DNA from: Octopus vulgaris
Lineage: Eukaryota
NCBI GenBank assembly: GCA_951406725.2
Contig: OX597835.1
Span: forward strand, 27,900,001-27,964,000
Direction: 5' to 3'
Length of the DNA: 64,000 nucleotides
Both the position numbers and the translations under genes were made by a program. Position 1 is the first letter of the stretch. Every line of letters begins with the position of its first letter. Shown piece by piece: positions 25,909 through 38,752 of this stretch. The notes beneath the pieces were generated by a model that had not been told where the DNA came from, searched no databases, and was given only the letters and a program-made list of their open reading frames with translations.

Positions 25909-26544
25909 GTGTCTGCCTGTGTTTTTCCCCCCACCATTGCTTGACAACTGATGTTGGTGTGTTTATGACCCCGTGACTTGGCAGTTCAGCAAAAGGGACA
26001 GATAGAATAAGTACTAGGCTTACAAAGAATATGTCCTGTGGGGAGGGGTCGATTAGTTCGAGTGAAGGCGGTGCTCCAGCATGGCTGCAGTCAAATGGCT
26101 GAAACAAGTACAAGAATAAAAGAATATATATGATGATGATGATATGATGATGGTGATAATTATGATGACGACGACATTAGCATCTTTTTCAGAATTCAAC
26201 TTTCTGCAATAAGCATATTATTTTACTCCTGATGTATCAGAAGACGAGGTGTTCTTAAGCATTATCTTTGTTCCATGATTAGCTCATCAGCATGCGGATC
26301 TGAATGATTCCTTCAATTCAATATCCATTCTTTTAGAAATATGCAACTGGAATGTTTTTTTGATTCACAGACAGAGTTTTTGGGTTTCACTGTAATCTTT
26401 CACACACACAAAAAAAAGAAAATCAATGCACCACGCTTAATCGAAAACAAAGCACTCACACGCACTTATATTACATAGACAGACAGACTGACAGATAGAC
26501 AGACAGATATATATATATACATATATATGTGTGTGTGTGTGTGT

Positions 26545-26586
<42 letters not shown>

Positions 26587-26684
26587 GGATGGATGGATGG
26601 ATGGATAGATAGATAGATATACATACATGAATACATACACACATATAGAGAGTTAGACATGCATGCATACATGCATACATACAT

Positions 26685-26733
<49 letters not shown>

Positions 26734-27542
26734 AGCCAGTGAATTTTGCTAACCATTTCAATCACTGCAGGAATGGCATAGCATGATTTAAATCTTTGTT
26801 CTGTAACTCTACTGAACTCCCTGTCTGACTGAGCATGTTTCCTCTACTGTCATAAAACATGGAGAAATTCAAGATGGAAGTTTTTTTTTTTTCACTTTTT
26901 TTTTTTTTTCAAATTTATGATCAACTTTTGTCTACTTCCACACCACCACCACCAACCACCAACCACCACCACAAAACCAAAAGAACAAAGCAAGCCTGAA
27001 CATGTTGCTAGCTTAGCTTTCATCTTTTGTTCTTCAGAACTATGGAATAAAAAGGTATGCTGTTGCTGGCCTTTACTAAAAGCTATTTGATGGCAACCAA
27101 CAAATCATAAACATATTTGACAACTAAATAGTTGGTTGGTTGATTGGTTGAATGGTTGGTTTGTTTGTTTGTTGTTGTTATTACTTCTATTGTTTTTTTT
27201 TTTAACGGGTTTTATAACTAAGCTGATTGAAAAACAACAGACCTTTGTTCTTTTCCTAAATTATCCGACCATAATATTGTTGGTCTTCATACTGTTCATA
27301 AGTATCAAAGTATTTGTAATCTTATCAATTTATGCTGCTGCTTATATATATTTATTCACGGAGCTGACCAAAGTATTTCCCGTTTTTTTATTTTTTTACC
27401 TTTTTTCATATATTTATTTATTTAGGTTGTTTTAATTTTTTTTTGGTTTTTTTTTTCCAACTGGAACAAGTAATTTCATAAATGGAATCCATTATATCAA
27501 CAGCAGCTGGTTGGCTCTTACATTCACGAACCACATTCACCA

Positions 27543-27610
27543 TCAAACGCATTCACTCATTCTGTGCCGTGCCAACTCCTTCAGCGGAACACCATGTAAA
27601 CAATACTCAT
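27543..27610 (-). CDS. Candidate terminal exon xEYCLHGVPLKELARHRMSECV*
   Basis: ttgttgcttgtAG acceptor; protein-like frame ending in Val; AATAAA on minus strand near 27351. Confidence 0.35.
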
Positions 27611-27644
27611 CTACAAGCAACAATGATTAAACATACACACACAC

Positions 27645-27742
27645 CAGTATTGTTCGATGATCTCTGTACGGTAAAAGTATCATTATTCTGTTGTTCCTGG
27701 TGTCTGAGGTCTGCCGAGTCAGCTGACCTTCTTCGCTTTAAG
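27645..27742 (-). CDS. Candidate exon xLKRRRSADSADLRHQEQQNNDTFTVQRSSNNT
   Basis: ttcttttacctgtgacAG acceptor; CpG-retaining unique island; possible donors AAG|GTCAGC (15-nt) or CTG|GTGTGT. Confidence 0.35.
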
Positions 27743-28130
27743 CTGTCACAGGTAAAAGAATAAACAGGAAATAGGTGGAGCTAATATTAATGATTATCAA
27801 ATGAAAGAAGGTGAAATTTCTAACGGAATAATTCTATTAATGATGATTTGTAGGAGCAGTTTATGTAGAATATGTTTTATTGCAAAACACATAATAAAAA
27901 AATAAACTATTGTTGTTGCTGTTATTAACTCCAAGCCTGCCCTGATCAAGGAGAACTGTAATCAAAGGTAAAGGTGTTCCAGCATGGCCAACCCATCTTT
28001 TAGTCAGACACAAAGATTCTGTGACTAACTACATGATTCATGACATAGCTTGGCTCAATGGTTAAGAAACTTGTTTAGCAATCAATAGGTCTCGGGTTCG
28101 ATTTCACTGTGTGACAACTTAAACTAGTGG

Positions 28131-28541
28131 GGGTCTTTTCGGTTTGACCAGCAGTTTTTTAAAATAATTTCCACATAACTAAACACTTTTGAACTTCGTA
28201 TACTGGTAGAATGTGTTTATAAAACATCTCTTCCCTTGGCCTTATTGAGAAAATTCTATAGTTTGTAAGATATTTGTTGTTTTTTTCCTTCAATTTCTGC
28301 AATTTCAACCAATCAGTGATGTCTATTGAGGTGAAAACATTCTGTGCCGTATGAATATGTCCCTCGTTTAAGAAACAGATTGGGTTTATTTACATTTCTG
28401 AAGAAAAAAAGATACCCTTCCCCCCACCCTTAACCTTAAAACAGATTGAAATGTAATAGATTGATACTAGGGTCATGATTATGGGTGACAATTTCATATG
28501 ACACCGCTAGAAAAGAACTGCCGTTCAAACCGAAAAGATCC
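28131..28541. mobile_element. Non-autonomous DNA transposon (MULE-like) inserted in an old SINE
   Basis: ~30-bp TIR GGRTCTTTTCGGTTTGA..GCAGTT; TSD AACTAGTG(G/T), 8-9 bp. Confidence 0.85.
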
Positions 28542-29074
28542 AACTAGTGTATTTCATCATATCCTTGGCTCTACCTGAATGTTGCAGGTAAAACTGGGTG
28601 GTTGGAAACAGTGGGAAAGCCTGTGATTTTAAGGACCGACTTTGTCACTGTGTGATGCAGATCCTGTCTGAAAACTAAATTAAGGGCACATGTGTCGGTG
28701 GAATAAAGGGTAAAAAAGAAAGACTCCTCACCTTTGATTATGAATGACTATAGGATAGCACCTAGAAATTTCCCCTCCAAGGCACAAGTCCGGGCTAAGT
28801 TGTTTGTAAGACCAGCAGTCAGACATGCATACCAGCCTCCTCTCCTCCCCATGCCACCAATGTTATCCAAGGGAAAGGTAAAGGGGCTGATACAGCTTGG
28901 CACCAGTGACATCACTACTCATTTCTACAGCTGAGCAAACTGAGGCAAATGTGAAATAAAGTGTCTTGCTCAAGAACACACCACACAGCCCAGTTCAGAA
29001 ATCAACCTCACTACATGCCACCAGCATGGGGACTAGTGAGGCGGGACTGGCATCGACCACCAACATTAAGCAAA

Positions 29075-29216
29075 TCATGTGTGGTTGCTCACCAACCACA
29101 TGGTCCCGGGTTCAGTCCCACTGCATGCCACCTTGGGCAAGTGTCTTCTACTATAGCCTCGGGCTGACCAAAGCCTTGTGAGTGGATTTGGTAGACAGAA
29201 ACTGAAAGAAGCATTG

Positions 29217-29253
<37 letters not shown>

Positions 29254-29880
29254 GTGTGTATATGTTTGTGTGTCTGTATTTGTTCCCCTCACCATCGCTT
29301 GACAACAGATGCTGGTGTTTTTACATCCCTGTAACTTAGCAGTTCAGGAAAAGGGACCAATAGAATAAGTACTAGGCTTACAAAGAATAAGTCCTAGGGT
29401 GGATTTGCTTGACTAAAGGGGGTGCTCCAGCATGGCCGCAGTCAAATGACTTGAACAAATAAAAGAAAAGAATAAAAGAATATATATATATATATTTTTA
29501 TCTTTTACTCGTCTCAGTCATTAAACTGTGGTCATGCTGGGGCAGAGCCTCGAAGAGTTTTTACTTGAATGAATCAACCCCAGTAGCTTTTTTTTTTTCC
29601 AAAGCCTGGTACTAATTCTATTGGTCACTTTTGCCAAACTGCTAAGTTACAGGGACGTAAGCACTTCAGCACCGGTTGTCAAGCAGAGGTGTGGGACACA
29701 CACACACACACACACACACATGATGAACTTATTTCAGTTTCCATCAACCAAACCCACTCTCAAGGGTTTTGTTGGCCTGATGCTATAGTAAAAGGAACTT
29801 GCCCAAGGTGAACCACAGTGGAATTGAACCCGCAACCATGTGGCTGGGAAGCAAACTTCTTATAACACAGCTGCACCTGT
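29075..29880. mobile_element. Tail-to-tail pair of family B SINEs
   Basis: Plus copy 29075-29480, minus copy 29495-29880. Confidence 0.85.
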
Positions 29881-29884
29881 GCCT

Positions 29885-30037
29885 CGTGATACCAGAGGGC
29901 GCACACTCTCCTACCCTGATGTAATCTCCAGGGATACAGGCATCCAGCAACAGGACCTCCGTAATGCTATGATGGACTGTGAAGTCTGGCATAGCATAGT
30001 AAATTCCGTTGTCTCGACCACGGTCGAACAATGACAA

Positions 30038-30040
<3 letters not shown>
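29885..30040 (+). mobile_element. RTE/RTEX-like LINE 3' end
   Basis: RGRTLSYPDVISRDTGIQQQDLRNAMMDCEVWHSIV resembles the GRP...DTG...AM.DR..W C-terminus. Confidence 0.7.
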
Positions 30041-30080
<40 letters not shown>

Positions 30081-31177
30081 TAAAGACTAGTGGATAAAAT
30101 ATCTTACACATTCTTTGGTAGAAAAACTGTGTGGGAAGATGTGAGATTGCATTATAAATGAGATTGTTTGGTACTTTAGTACTTTAGTAAAAACTGTACT
30201 TTAAATCATGTCATCAATATTCCATCAACAATTCTCATGTCAGACTAGGAAATTTAATTAGTCTGCATTACTTGAAACTGAGAGAATGAGAACTGCAAGG
30301 AGATAAGAAGACAGTTATGCTGATGAGATTCAGGTCTATAAATTCCTTGTAAGTAGAATTTGGTAGACAGAAATTAAGCAGATGTCTGTGGCAAGTTTTC
30401 TTTGCTGTTAGATTTTACATCCATTTTTTCAACATGCTAGCAGGATCAGATGAATTCATTACATATTATTGAGGCAACATTTTACGGCTGGATGCTTTTC
30501 CTTTTTGCTAATCCTTAATTGTTTTGCAAGTAAGGGGCTTTTCATCGACAAAATATACCCCAGTATGGCTGCGATGCAATGATTTAAACAGATAAATGAG
30601 TGAATGGAGGATATTTTTCAGGTAGTGAACTACACTATCTGATGTGTTCTTCCTTTATTCATGTGACTAGAAAGAGATTTAGCTGTTATTTCAAGCCGGT
30701 CAAGTATATAGAGGCTCCCTCGTCAGTAGCACTTTTCTACACAGGTGAAATAAATAAGTTGTTTACATCAGAGAATAATTGAATAACAGAATTTTGTTTT
30801 TAAAAAACAGGAGAAGATTATAATGTACATTTAGGTAAAGGTACAAACTAGAAACAGAAGACATAGATGACAGCGAACAAAGGAAACAGCTTTGATAACA
30901 AAACCGAATGTTTATTTTGGAAGATTAAACTGGTTAAAGGAAAGAAAGCAAATGATGTATGGATTAATCTGAGAGATTTGAAGAAAAGTTTGCATCTTAA
31001 TATTGTTTGGAAACTATAAACGCTAGCTACCCTGAGATAAAAAAAAAACGTTCTCTTTGATCATAAATAATATGTGCAGTGTTGCTATTGTGGTTGAAGA
31101 GTTTGGCCTGCCGCTACATGGTTCTGAGTTCAAACCCACTGCATGGCACCTCAGGCATGTGCCTTCTGTTATAGCAT

Positions 31178-31321
31178 CTCTCTCTATCCGCTCAGTCGAA
31201 GTCGACTCTCGGTCACTCATTGGATCAGTGTCCTCCAGTCAGTTCTATCCTGGGCCACTTCGTTCAGATTGGCTATGTCCATTCCGGTATCCCTCTTGAT
31301 GGTGTCAAGCCAGCGGGTTCT
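31178..31321 (-). mobile_element. BovB/RTE-like LINE 3' end nested in a SINE
   Basis: Minus strand RTRWLDTIKRDTGMDIANLNEVAQDRTDWRTLIQ*VTESRLRL; 11-bp TSD TGTTATAGCAT. Confidence 0.85.
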
Positions 31322-31964
31322 TGTTATAGCATAAAATCAGCAAACTCTGGCCTGCAAGACTTTCTGAATGGCAATGAAAATCTAGATTTTTTTTTTTTTT
31401 TAGTGAAGCCGTCCACCTGATGATAAGCCATGTTTTATATGGCCCGCTTATCAAAGAAGTCTGTCTATGCCTGTACTATAGCATCAGGTCTACAAATTTC
31501 TTGTAAGTGGAATTCGGTAAACAGAAATTAAGCAAAGTTGCATTATCATTGAGAGTGTCTTGTACTCTAACAAATACTGTATTTTAAATTATGGCATTAA
31601 TATTCCATCAACAATTCCTGTATCAGACCAGGAAATTTAATTTGTCTGCAGAGAATTGAAATGAAAGCATTACTTTAAATTAAGAGAATGAGATTTGCAA
31701 GAATATAAGAAAACAGTTATGCTGATGTGATTCAAATCTATAAATTCCTCATAAGTAGAATTTGGTAAACAGAAATTAAGCAGAAGCCTGTGGCACATTG
31801 TTCTTTTGTTCTTTAGGTTTTACATCCATTTTTTCCCATGCTTGCAGGATCAGGTGAATACATTACATATTACTGAGGCAGTGTTTTACAGCTGGATGCC
31901 TTTCCTGTTGCTAATCCTTAAATGTTTTTCAAGTAAGGGGTTTCTTCATTCCACTCGTCTTAGA

Positions 31965-32162
31965 AAGCTCAAAGGTATTGGATGGTATGGCGACAAGAAA
32001 CAGTGATAAACAACACTGTTCATAGCTCAGTGATTTTCGAAGCAAAGTGCAGAATGGAAAAACATTCACACAGACATGCATTCATCCGGAACAATCTGTC
32101 CCACTTGTGGAAAGAACTTCTGAGCAAGAACTAAACTGAAAATCCATCATCAATAACACTAT
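31965..32162 (+). mobile_element. Decayed RTE LINE C-terminal zinc-finger region
   Basis: ICPTCGKNF*ARTKLKIH resembles the CPxCGRxFRARIGLxSH end of RTE ORFs. Confidence 0.55.
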
Positions 32163-32224
32163 AAAAAAAAGTTTTTTTAAAACTATCATCTTTGATCTCA
32201 AGGAATAGCCATAAGGACATGTGT

Positions 32225-32365
32225 GCATGTGGTGGTGATGGTGGTGGTAGTAGTAGTGGTTTAGGTAGTAGTGGTGGTGTTGGTGATGGTGGTAGTAGCA
32301 GTAGTGGTAGTGGCAGTAGTAGTAGTGGTAGTAGTAGTAGTAGTAGTGGTGGTGGTGGTGGTAGG
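32225..32365. repeat. (GGT/AGT)n trinucleotide repeat
   Basis: Directly visible. Confidence 0.9.
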
Positions 32366-34002
32366 GGGGTTCAGGTTTACAGAAAACAAAAGACAAAAAT
32401 GGGTGGGGGAACCACAAACAGGCATATTAGTTTGACACTTGGAAAGGATGGAAAAGCTTTCGACATTTCGGACCTACGCTCTTTAACGGAAAGGACTGAG
32501 AATAAGGGAAAAAGAGGGAGACAGCAAAAAAGAAATGTGTAGAGATTAACAGTTCAACATGATGAAATGATCAATAACCAAGAATTATTGTTACTACTAC
32601 TACTACACACACTGAAGACTTCATCTGGTGGACTCTGCAGGAGAGACCTTCAAGGTTCAACAGAAGAGAAGGCAATGACAGCAACAGATAGTGGAGTACA
32701 GAGGACAGGACAAGCCAATTAAGACATCTTCACACACATTGGTTGACCCAGGGCTATTATAGAAGACATTTGCCCAGAGTGACACACAATGGGACTGAAC
32801 CTGAAGCCATGTGGTTGGGAGGCAAGCTTCTTAACCACACAGCCACGCCTACATTTATCCAGTTATATATGACTCTATATCGAATATATATTTCTTTACT
32901 GCCCACAAGGGGCTAAACATAGAGGGGACAAACAAAGACAGACAAAGGGATTAAGTCTATTACATCGACCCCAGTGTGAAACTGGTACTTAATTTATCGA
33001 CCCCAAAAGCATGAAAGGCAAAGTCGACCTCGGCGAGGTTTGAACCCAGAACGTAACGCATTTCGCCTGGCGTACTAACGTTTCTGCCTGTGTCCCTCCT
33101 TGTCTCTTTAACCTCTTGATTATCACACACACATACATACACTTATTTGATATACACACACTTATTTGGTATACACATGCACACACAGGTGTGTGTGTGA
33201 GCATTTGTGTATGCGTGTGTGTATGTGTGTGTCCATGTCTGTATTTATATTTACATCAGTGTTGTTCATATTGTCTTCTTACGACCCATAACCTAGCAGT
33301 TCAGCAAACAGACATCAATAAAAATAAGTATCAAATGAGAATAAATACTAGGAACAATACGACTGACTAAAACTTTGGAAGCGGTGCTCCAGTATGACCA
33401 CCATCCAATGACTGTGAAACCAAAGCAAGGATAAAAGAACGAAGAAGCTAATGAAAGCATAGCTCATTAAATATTCAAACTTAAATGCATTGGTATTTCA
33501 AAGATAAGGCCTTAATATCTGGCAGTGATAATAATTGTCAACAGGTAATTAACGAGGAATATCAGAAAGATCAAAGTCAATCCAAAGAGATTTGCAAAGT
33601 GTCTCTTTTTATATATGCTAATATATGATAATCAGCTAGTAGCCATGTGATAAGCTGTATTGCATAAAAATGGAAATCTCTCAATATCAAACTTATTCCT
33701 TACTTCTAGTGCCTATAATTAACCCTTTTAATGCCAGCCACTCCAAGATAACCTCTAATTCTACAATACAAAATCTCCTATTTTAAAGCTTCATATGCAG
33801 TGCCAGTGCCACGTAAAAAGCTTCCATTCCAAACTAAAGTGGTTGGATATGGAAGGGTATCCAGCTGTAAAAACCATGCCAAAGCAGACCTCGCTGGTGC
33901 TGGTGCCATGTCAAAAAGCACCCAGGCCATTCAGTAAGGTGGTTGGCATTAGGAAGGGTATTTAACCAAAAAAACCAAACCAAAGCAGACCTTGCTGCTG
34001 CT

Positions 34003-34377
34003 GTTGAGTGAAGCGGTCTTCGTCCCAGAGCTTGCAAGATCGTGCCTCTGTAGTGGGAGAAGTCCGAAACGTGGTCCTTTGCTATTTGTAAGACCTGCAG
34101 AAGAGAGAGCAGGTCAACCCCCGACACTGAGAGCATCGACGGATGGATGAATGTGCATCCAGGCTCAGTGGTTGCATAGGAAGTCGTGGACAAGAAACAG
34201 GAAGAAAGTTGGGGTGAAAGAGTACAACAGGGGTCACCACCACCCCCTGACGGAGCTTCGTGGAGATTTAGGTGTTTTTGCTGAATAAACACATACACAA
34301 CACCCGGTCTGGGAACTGAAACCGAGATCCTCTGACTGCGAGTACGCTGCCCTAACCATTGGGCCATTGCGCCTCCA
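34003..34377 (-). mobile_element. Family D-head SINE with a distinct 3' body, inserted in a family C element
   Basis: Minus head GGAGGCGCAATGGCCCAATGGTTAGGGCAG; (CTG)n on both flanks. Confidence 0.8.
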
Positions 34378-34905
34378 CTGCTGCTGCTGCTGGTCCCATA
34401 TAAAATGCAATTAGTTCACTCTGTAAAGTGGTTGACATTAGGAAGGACATATAGCCATAAAAAAACCATGCCAAAACAAACCCTGTCAGTGCTTTGTGAC
34501 ATGTAGAAAGCAACCAGTTCACTCTGTAAAGTGGTTGGCATTAGGAAGGGCATCTGGCTGTAAAAACCATTCCAAAACAGTGAAGCTAGATGCAGTCTTC
34601 TAGCTTGCCAGCTCCTGTCAAACTATCAAACCTATGCCAGCATGGTAAACAGATGTTAAAGGATGTTGATGTTGATGATGATGATGAGCAGGAGGAGGAG
34701 GAGGATTTAAATAAAAATCTGGCACCTTAATATTATGCAACAATCCTTTATCAAGTTAGGTTCCAAACACCAAATTAATATTGACAAAATTATTTCAATG
34801 AATCCCAATTTACAAAATTAATTAAAAGTCACAGAGAGTTCATAATTAAAAAACATACTCACAAAAGTATTAACCATTGGAAAAAAAAAAATTTATTGGT
34901 TAGAG

Positions 34906-34994
34906 CAGTGACTCCCAACAATGGTTCCCAACCCTTTATTTAAATGAGTTTTCCCAGGGACCCCTTTTTTTAATATGCTTATCTTTATGTGTGA

Positions 34995-35040
<46 letters not shown>

Positions 35041-35124
35041 GAAATTTTTAATTTAGTTCATGGACCCTCAGTACTACCTTTGTGCACCATCAAGGGTCCA
35101 CAGACCCTAAGTTGGAAACCACTG
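34906..35124. mobile_element. hAT-type MITE
   Basis: CAGTG..TCCCAAC / GTTGGAAACCACTG termini; 8-bp TSD GGTTAGAG/GTTTAGAG. Confidence 0.75.
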
Positions 35125-36427
35125 GTTTAGAGTTTCGAAAATTTTGTGTTTGCAAGAAAATAATTTGGAGCTGTGTATAAAGGCACAGGGTGGAGGCACA
35201 TAGCCTAATGGTTACAACTGGACTCACAGTCAAGGGATTGTATGTTCAAATCTCAGACCAGGCGATGTGGGTGTTTATATGAGTGAAGCACCTAAGCACT
35301 ACATGGTGCTCCAGCATGGTCGCAGTCAAATGACTGAAACAAATAAAAGAATAAAAGAATATATATATATATATATATACATAGATATATTTAGAGAAAG
35401 ATAGTTATGGCTAAGTGCTTCATGGACATGAAACCCTGGATAACCCCACAGACTGGCCATAGCTCTCTTTATCTATACATGAATATGTATACATGGGGCT
35501 TCTTTCAGTTTCCATCTACCAAGTCCACTTGCAGGGCTTTTATGTATCATAAAAGGATATGAATGGGAAATGGTAAATTAATCCCTGCAACAGATGTTCC
35601 AATAGCATGGATTAAACTGCCATTTTCTCTTCGTCTCCTTTCAGTATATATATTTTGTTTTTGTTTACCACATGTTGTACATAACTAATATCACTACTGA
35701 GGCTGGTGTTGTGGAGTGCTTGACATCATTAAATAATCATTCTTAATTTTATAAGGGAATGACAAAATGGAAATACTACCAATTGACTAATTAATTTATT
35801 ACTTTATTAATGTACCTAATCTGCTAGCAAATCACATGCTGGAAGCTACTGAACTAATAAGCATGATTGATGTGATCCAAACCAATTTGTACACCTACAC
35901 ACACACACACATATATATGGCATGCAATACAATCTCGGCCAACCATTGTATTATCAGAGGCATGAAACTAATAGTAGCTTGCATTTAAGTCCTGTGTATA
36001 TCAAATGATATTTCTCCCTCATGAGAGGGGGTATTTTTTATTGGTCCCATGTATAATGGCACCGTGCACATGAACACACACTATATATACATCATCATCA
36101 TCGTTTAGCGTCCGCTTTCCATGCTGGCATGGGTTGGACGGTTCTACTGGGGTCTGGGAAGCCATAAGGCTGCACCACACCCAGTCTGATCTGTCAATGT
36201 TTCTACATCTGGATGCCCTTCCTAACGCCAACCACTCCATGAGTGTAGTGGGTGCTTTTTAAGTGCCACTGGTACAGGTGCCAGATAGGCTGGCAAACGG
36301 CCACAATCGGATGGTGCCTTTTACGTGCCACCGACACGGAGGCCAGGCCAGGCTGGCAATGGCCACGATCGGATGATGCCTTTTACAGTCGGGGCGGCAC
36401 TGGCAACAGCCACGTTCGGATGGTTCT

Positions 36428-36467
<40 letters not shown>

Positions 36468-36581
36468 CATATATATATTCATATATATACACATATATAT
36501 ATGTATATATCATTTGTTGAAATACATAAATACGGAGGAGAAGCACACTCTAAGATGTAGAGCAGTTAGTATAATAATAGA

Positions 36582-36710
36582 GGAGGCCAGTTTATGGGGT
36601 TACTCTGGGTTTCTTGCTCAAGGCCAGCAGTGTTTGGGGTCTGAAGATATGCCATAAGGCCAAAATCTTTATGAGCGAGAAACCCAGGGTAACCCCATAA
36701 ACCGGCCTCC
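36582..36710. repeat. 39-bp-stem inverted repeat
   Basis: GGAGGCCAGTTTATGGGGTTACTCTGGGTTTCTTGCTCA pairs with TGAGCGAGAAACCCAGGGTAACCCCATAAACCGGCCTCC. Confidence 0.9.
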
Positions 36711-37528
36711 CACATTATGATATATATATAAAGTGAAAAATGTATAGTAAATACACAAACAAAGAGTAAAAAATATATATTGAATGCACAGGCAAATGCT
36801 AAAACATCTATTGAGTACACAAACAGATGGAAGACAGACACAGAAGGTCCCTAATTCTTCGTCACCCATAACTTAGCAGTTCAGCAAAAGAGACCGATAG
36901 AATAAGTACTAGGCTTACAAAGAATAAATCCTGGGGTTGATTTGTTCAACTAAAAAAGGCAGTGCTCCAGTATGGCCGCAGTCAAAATGACTGAAACAAA
37001 TAAAAGAACTGTCAATTATAATACATAATACTACAGACTAAAGATTTTAAAATTCCAGAATTTGAAAGTTTATACAATGAAACTTTAAATCTCTTTTTAA
37101 TTAGTTGACATTCATTTTCCACAGAATAAAAAAAAAAAAAACCTAATTAATGAACAAGGTAATTACATGAGCACAGACTTTCTCGGCTGATAGTACGATT
37201 TTAGATTCAAAGAGATTAGTTCAGGCTGGACATGCTTTTGGGAAGACTAAATATAGCACAGGCCATTCTTTTCAATAAAAGAAAAATCAAGTTATAGAAT
37301 CTAATCGTGTTGGACAAGCTTCACAAATTAACGAGGAGATACTCAGATGCAATGTCAGATTTTATGAAGCCACTAACCTTACCACAGACAGGGGCAATGG
37401 TGAATGAGGAATGTGCTACTGGTTGAGCACAGAGCATCTTTTACAATATAGAACCAGAATGCATCAAAGAAGATTATAATTCTGTCATCTTTAATTAGCT
37501 TCTTTTGTCTATGATATTTTTGCCTCTC

Positions 37529-38068
37529 GCCGTTACGTTCTGAGTTCAAATTCTGCCGAGGTCAACTTTGCCTTTCATCCTTTCGGGGTCGATAAATTAA
37601 GTACCAGTTACGCACTGGGGTCGATGTAATCGACTTAATCCGTTTGTCTGTCCTTGTTTGATCTCTTTGTGTTTAGCCCCTTGTGTGTAGTAAAGAAATA
37701 GGTATTTCGTCTGCCGCTACGTTCTGAGTTCAAATTCCGCTGAGGTCGACTTTGCCTTTCATCCTTTCGGGGTCGATAAATTAAGTACCATTTACGCACT
37801 GGGGTCGATATAATCGACTTAATCCGTTTGTCTGTCCTTGCTTGATCCCTTTGTGTTTAGCCCCTTGTGGGTAGTAAAGAAATAGGTATTTCGTCTGCTG
37901 CTACGTTCTGAGTTCAAATTCCGCTGAGGTCGACCTTGCCTTTCATCCTTTCGGCGTCGATAAATTAAGTACCAGTTACACACTGGGGTCGATATAATCG
38001 ACTTAATCCGTTTGGCTGTCCTTGTTTGTCCCCTCTATGTTTAGCCCCTTGTGGGTAATAAAGAAACA
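37529..38068 (+). mobile_element. Family A SINE trimer (184-bp unit) within one TSD
   Basis: Unit junctions at 37701 and 37885; TSD GATATTTTTGCCTCTC at 37513-37528 and 38069-38084. Confidence 0.9.
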
Positions 38069-38317
38069 GATATTTTTGCCTCTCATATTGTAAAAGATGC
38101 TGTGTGCTCAACCAGTCCATTGGACTGAGGCTAACCTGGGGCAATAACTTGAAGGGTTTAGTCAAACACACTGACCCCAGTACAGATTTTTAAGTCCAGT
38201 ACTTGCTCTATCAGTCTTGTTTGCTGTTCCATTAAGTTATGAGGATGTAAACAAATAAACAAATGCCTATTTTTCCTGATTTTTTAGATTCTTAGATGAC
38301 TATATATATCATTATAT

Positions 38318-38549
38318 ATTTCTTTACTACCCACAAGGGGCTAAACACAGAGGGGACAAACAAGGACAGGCAAACGGATTAAGCCGATTACATCAACCCC
38401 AGTGTGTAACTGGTACTTAATTTATCGACCCCGAAAGGATGAAAGGCAAAGTCGACCTCGGTGGAATTTGAACTCGGAACGTAACGACAGACGAAATATG
38501 GCTATGCATCTCGCCCGGCATGCTAACGTTTCTGCCAGCTCACCACCTT
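38318..38549 (-). mobile_element. Full-length family A SINE
   Basis: TSD ATATATCATTATA on both sides. Confidence 0.88.
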
Positions 38550-38752
38550 CTAAATATATCATTATAACAGATCTAAGTCAGTGCCCCAGAATGGCCACAA
38601 CCCACAGACTGAAATCAGTAAAGATTAAAATACCAATGACACTCAAAACTGCCTGTCAGTTTTGGACAGCAAAAAGAATTTTTTTAATTTTTTAAAATCC
38701 ACTTTTTACAAAAATTCTTTAAACGCTGCTTTTGATATTTATAAATATGTTA

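Noticed and set aside
32066-32135. Minus-strand candidate exon LVLAQKFFPQVGQIVPDECMSV*
   Set aside because: Better explained as the antisense of a decayed RTE zinc-finger end on the plus strand
32082-32542. Gly/Ser-rich and His/Tyr-rich ORFs
   Set aside because: (GGT/AGT)n microsatellite
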